From an uncultured Pseudomonadota bacterium (GTDB lineage Bacteria; Pseudomonadota; Gammaproteobacteria; Burkholderiales; Methylophilaceae), in contig CAINBI010000077.1 in NCBI GenBank assembly GCA_903846555.1, positions 5,145-69,144 of the forward strand: a DNA stretch of 64,000 bases. The letters are read 5' to 3'. This document shows positions 60,665 to 64,000 of the stretch, piece after piece. The position numbers and the translations under genes are program-made. Each line of letters opens with the position of its first letter. Positions within the stretch are counted from its first letter, which is position 1. The notes under the pieces were generated by a model. It had not been told where the DNA came from, searched no databases, and was given only the letters and a program-made list of their open reading frames with translations.

Positions 60665-61876
60665 ATGCAAACTTATGTGGTGGGTGGGGCGGTACGCGAT
60701 GAGTTGCTTGGCTTTTCTGTAAAAGATAAAGATTTTGTCGTTGTCGGCAGTACGCCAGAAGCTATGATCGCGGCTGGTTTCAAGCCAGTTGGCAAAGATT
60801 TCCCGGTTTTTTTACACCCTAAATCTCACGATGAATATGCCCTTGCGCGCACAGAACGTAAAACAGCTAAAGGCTATAAAGGCTTTGTTGTCCATGCTTC
60901 GCCAGAAGTTACGCTAGAGCAAGATTTAGCACGGCGCGACTTGACCATCAACGCAATTGCAAAAGCCGACGATGGGCGGCTTATTGATCCGTTCAATGGC
61001 TTAGCTGATATTCAATCTAAAACGCTACGCCATGTGAGTGATGCTTTTGCAGAAGACCCCGTGCGAATTTTACGCGTGGCTCGCTTTGCAGCAAGGTTTA
61101 CAGAGTTTAAGCTCGCGCCAGAAACTATGATATTAATGCGTCAAATGGTGCAGGCTGGTGAGGTGGATGCGCTAGTTGCAGAACGGGTTTGGCAAGAACT
61201 GGCAAAGGGCTTGTCCGAAACAAAGCCTAGTCGCATGTTCGAAGTGCTGCGTGAATGTGGTGCTTTGCAAAAAATATTACCAGAGCTTAGTCGCCTTTGG
61301 GGAGTGCCACAACCAGAACGCCACCATCCCGAGGTTGATACTGGCGTGCATGTGATGATGGTTGTTGATTATGCAGCGAGCCAAAATTTTTCATTGCCAA
61401 TACGCTTTGCCGCGCTGATGCATGACCTTGGCAAAGGGACTACGCCAACCAACATTTTACCCAAGCATATCGGGCATGAAGAACGAAGCTTTAATTTGGT
61501 TAGAGACGTTTGCAAGCGAATTAAAGTGCCGAATGACTGTAAAGAATTAGCGCAAATAGTCGCTAAATTTCATGGCAAACTATATCAGTCGCTACAAATG
61601 AAACCAAGTACCTTACTGAGTTTTTTAATCGAATTAGATGCCATTCGTCAGCCAGCTAGGTTCAAAGATTTCCTTAAAGCATGTGAAGCAGATTCGCGCG
61701 GTAGAGCTGGCCTAGAAAACTGCCCAACACCAGCAGCAGATTTAATGTTGAAAGTGCTCGAAGCCGCTTCAAGTGTTGATGCGGGGGCTGTGGCTAGCGC
61801 ATTTACTACACCAGAGGACATTAAAAGAGCTGTGTTTGAGGAAAGGTTAAATGCGGTTAAGTATATATTGAGCTAG
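60665..61876 (+). CDS. cca: Multifunctional CCA-adding enzyme (tRNA nucleotidyltransferase with HD domain)
   Basis: YVVGGAVRD..., DLTINA, and HD domain HHPEVDTGVH...HDLGK. Confidence 0.94.
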   Translation: MQTYVVGGAVRDELLGFSVKDKDFVVVGSTPEAMIAAGFKPVGKDFPVFLHPKSHDEYALARTERKTAKGYKGFVVHASPEVTLEQDLARRDLTINAIAKADDGRLIDPFNGLADIQSKTLRHVSDAFAEDPVRILRVARFAARFTEFKLAPETMILMRQMVQAGEVDALVAERVWQELAKGLSETKPSRMFEVLRECGALQKILPELSRLWGVPQPERHHPEVDTGVHVMMVVDYAASQNFSLPIRFAALMHDLGKGTTPTNILPKHIGHEERSFNLVRDVCKRIKVPNDCKELAQIVAKFHGKLYQSLQMKPSTLLSFLIELDAIRQPARFKDFLKACEADSRGRAGLENCPTPAADLMLKVLEAASSVDAGAVASAFTTPEDIKRAVFEERLNAVKYILS

Positions 61877-61905
61877 CCCAGCTTTTAAGACGACTTTTAA
61901 AAATG

Positions 61906-61928
61906 ACAGCCCCTTTGAGGGGCTGTCA
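61906..61928. terminator. Hairpin terminator between convergent cca and dnaJ
   Basis: gacagcccc-tttga-ggggctgtc, a GC-rich 9-bp stem with only short flanking A/T runs. Confidence 0.6.
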
Positions 61929-61972
61929 GAATGATTAGTCTAGCCTTAAATATTCAAGCGATGACGTCATTA

Positions 61973-63097
61973 TTATTCAAAAAAGTCCTTAGCTTTATCT
62001 AACCAGCCTTTACTCTTAGGGCTATGTTTGCCAGAGTCTGCTTGTGTGCTATCTTCAAATTCGCGCAGCAACTCTTTTTGACGGCTCGTAAGTTTAATCG
62101 GTGTTTCTACCACCACATGCACCATTAAATCACCATGTTCAGATGATCGTAGTGGTTTGATGCCTTTACCGCGCAACCTGAATACACCGCCAGTTTGTGT
62201 TTCTGCTGGAATCTTCATTTTTGCCGAGCCACCTAGTGTTGGCACTTCAATTTCACCGCCAAGTGCCGCTGTACTGAAGCTGATTGGCATTTCGCAATGT
62301 AAATTACCGCCTTCACGCTGAAAAATAGCATGTTCTTTTAGGTGAACCACGACATATAAATCACCCGTTGGTCCGCCATTGACGCCAGCTTCACCTTCGC
62401 CGCTTAAGCGAATACGATCACCTTCATCAACTCCCGCAGGAATCTTAACGGATAAAGTTTTGTTTTGTTTAATTCGTCCAGCGCCACTACAAGTGGGGCA
62501 TGGGTCTTTAACCATTTTCCCGCCGCCATGACATTTTGGACAAGTTTGCTGCACGGAGAAAAAGCCTTGCTGCATACGGACTTGTCCATGACCCGCGCAA
62601 GTGGTACAAGTTACTGGTTGCGTACCAGGTCGCGCGCCAGAGCCCTTGCAGGTTTCACATGTGGCTTGCACAGGGATGCGTATTTTTGTTTCTGTGCCTT
62701 TCGCCGCGTCTTCAAGTGAAATTTCCATGTTATAGCGTAAATCTGCGCCACGATAAACATTATTACGTTGTCCACCACGAGTACCGCCACCACCAAAAAT
62801 ATCTCCAAAAATATCGCCAAACGCATCACCAAAGCCAGCGCCGCCAAAACCTGCACCACCACCGCCTTGTTCTACACCAGCATGACCATATTGGTCATAA
62901 GCGGCACGTTTTTGGTCGTCAGATAACATTTCATAGGCTTCTTTCGCCTCTTTGAAATGTTCTTCTGATTTTGGATTATCAGGGTTTCGGTCTGGGTGAT
63001 ATTTCATCGCCAGTTTGCGATAAGATTTCTTAATATCTTCATCAGTCGCGTCTTTGTTAATGCCTAATACTTCGTAATAGTCTCTTTTTGTAGCCAT
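61973..63097 (-). CDS. dnaJ: Molecular chaperone DnaJ
   Basis: J domain ([13 protein letters not shown]-type with HPD), G/F region, four CxxCxGxG zinc motifs. Confidence 0.97.
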   Translation of the reverse strand: MATKRDYYEVLGINKDATDEDIKKSYRKLAMKYHPDRNPDNPKSEEHFKEAKEAYEMLSDDQKRAAYDQYGHAGVEQGGGGAGFGGAGFGDAFGDIFGDIFGGGGTRGGQRNNVYRGADLRYNMEISLEDAAKGTETKIRIPVQATCETCKGSGARPGTQPVTCTTCAGHGQVRMQQGFFSVQQTCPKCHGGGKMVKDPCPTCSGAGRIKQNKTLSVKIPAGVDEGDRIRLSGEGEAGVNGGPTGDLYVVVHLKEHAIFQREGGNLHCEMPISFSTAALGGEIEVPTLGGSAKMKIPAETQTGGVFRLRGKGIKPLRSSEHGDLMVHVVVETPIKLTSRQKELLREFEDSTQADSGKHSPKSKGWLDKAKDFFE

Positions 63098-63141
63098 TGT
63101 TAATCCAATTACTTATATGAAAAAGCTGATTTAGGCAAGTC

Positions 63142-63166
63142 AAAAGCCACGAAGGTCGTGGCTTTT
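63142..63166 (-). terminator. Intercistronic hairpin (attenuator-like) between dnaK and dnaJ
   Basis: aaaagccacga-agg-tcgtggctttt, with a short T-run (4 T) on either strand. Confidence 0.5.
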
Positions 63167-63167
63167 G

Positions 63168-63206
63168 TTTATTGCACTTTTTTATTGCACTGGTTTATTG
63201 CAATAC
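63168..63206. repeat. 3 x 13-nt tandem repeat in the dnaK-dnaJ spacer
   Basis: tttattgcacttt / tttattgcactgg / tttattgcaatac, starting at 63168, 63181 and 63194. Confidence 0.85.
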
Positions 63207-63235
63207 AGGCTAAGTATTAATAATAGCGTTCAATA

Positions 63236-64000
63236 TTAGTCTTTTTTAACTTCTTCAAACTCAGCATCAACCACTTCAGCATCTACTGTTTTTTCGCCTT
63301 GAGGCTGTTTTGCGCTTTCAGTATTCGCTTGGGCTTGTTGATCAGCATACACTTTTTCACCTAGCTTTTGAGCGGCTTCTGTCAAAGCATTGGTTTTAGC
63401 TTCAATGGTGTCTTTGTCATCAGTTTTCATGGCATCTTCAACAGCTGTCAGCGCAGTTTCAATCGCTTCTTTTTCAGCCGCTTCTAATTTATCACCATGC
63501 TCAGTCAATGATTTTTTCACTGAATGCACCATGCCATCAGCAGCGTTGCGCGCATCTACAAGTTCGCGTAATTTTCGATCTTCGTCAGCGTACTTAATCG
63601 CATCTTCTTCCATTTGCTGAATTTCAGCTTCACTTAAACCGCTGTTGGCTTTAACGGTAATTTTGTTTTCTTTACCAGTCGCTTTGTCTTTAGCTGAAAC
63701 GTGCAAAATACCGTTAGCATCAATGTCAAAAGTCACTTCAATTTGTGGCATGCCGCGCGGTGCTGGTGGAATGTCGCTTAAGTTAAATTGACCTAAGCTC
63801 TTGTTTGCAGTAGCTAACTCACGCTCACCTTGCAACACTTGAATCGTTACTGCATTTTGATTGTCATCAGCAGTAGAGAAGGTTTGTGAAGCTTTAGTAG
63901 GAATAGTAGTGTTTTTCTTGATCACTTTAGTCATCACGCCACCTAGCGTTTCAATACCTAAAGATAATGGCGTTACATCAAGCAACAAGACATCTTTAAC
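63236..64000 (-). CDS. dnaK: Molecular chaperone DnaK, C-terminal part (5' end outside the window)
   Basis: The frame is open to the window edge. [21 protein letters not shown] substrate-binding domain and acidic lid ...EFEEVKKD. Confidence 0.97.
   Translation of the reverse strand, partial: VKDVLLLDVTPLSLGIETLGGVMTKVIKKNTTIPTKASQTFSTADDNQNAVTIQVLQGERELATANKSLGQFNLSDIPPAPRGMPQIEVTFDIDANGILHVSAKDKATGKENKITVKANSGLSEAEIQQMEEDAIKYADEDRKLRELVDARNAADGMVHSVKKSLTEHGDKLEAAEKEAIETALTAVEDAMKTDDKDTIEAKTNALTEAAQKLGEKVYADQQAQANTESAKQPQGEKTVDAEVVDAEFEEVKKD

Overview
This is a chromosomal core region of a moderately AT-rich betaproteobacterium. The protein set and gene order look Methylophilaceae-like, but that is an impression from the sequences, not a search result. 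Housekeeping content dominates. Left part: envC-gpmI, the rhodanese-grxC-secB-gpsA-trmL cluster, polA, a LOG-family gene, DUF2782-thrB, uvrD, and groES-groEL behind a perfect CIRCE operator. Middle part: an aldo-keto reductase, yjdM/phnA, bioA, dacB, an FKBP isomerase, OsmC and VOC genes, coq7, a GlcF-like Fe-S protein, ctpA and a DinG/YoaA-like helicase. Right part: RNase P RNA (rnpB), a complete dcw cluster (mraZ-rsmH-ftsL-ftsI-murE-murF-mraY-murD-ftsW-murG-murC-murB-ddl-ftsQ-ftsA-ftsZ-lpxC), slt, cca, dnaJ and the 3' part of dnaK. I saw no rRNA, tRNA, CRISPR array, transposase, integrase or prophage genes. Two short, visibly AT-richer islets interrupt the core. One holds an orphan gene encoding an unknown N-terminal domain fused to a C-terminal TIR domain (21918-22778); this is the best candidate for an undescribed single-gene defence or NADase module. 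The other holds a vapBC toxin-antitoxin pair butted against a U32-family gene, plus an orphan membrane-anchored coiled-coil protein fused into the bioA transcription unit (24732-26341). The non-coding layer is unusually rich. It includes a palindromic repeat family with one copy in frame inside polA, and a tripled 18-nt stop-start module making two 5-codon mini-ORFs ahead of gpsA. It also includes an orphan terminator-bounded sRNA candidate, a 125-nt inverted-repeat insertion between groES and groEL, a two-copy flip-loop terminator element, a REP/REPIN-like pair with GTAG heads, and a 13-nt tandem triplet in the dnaK-dnaJ spacer. All family assignments come from reading motifs by eye; no database search was run.
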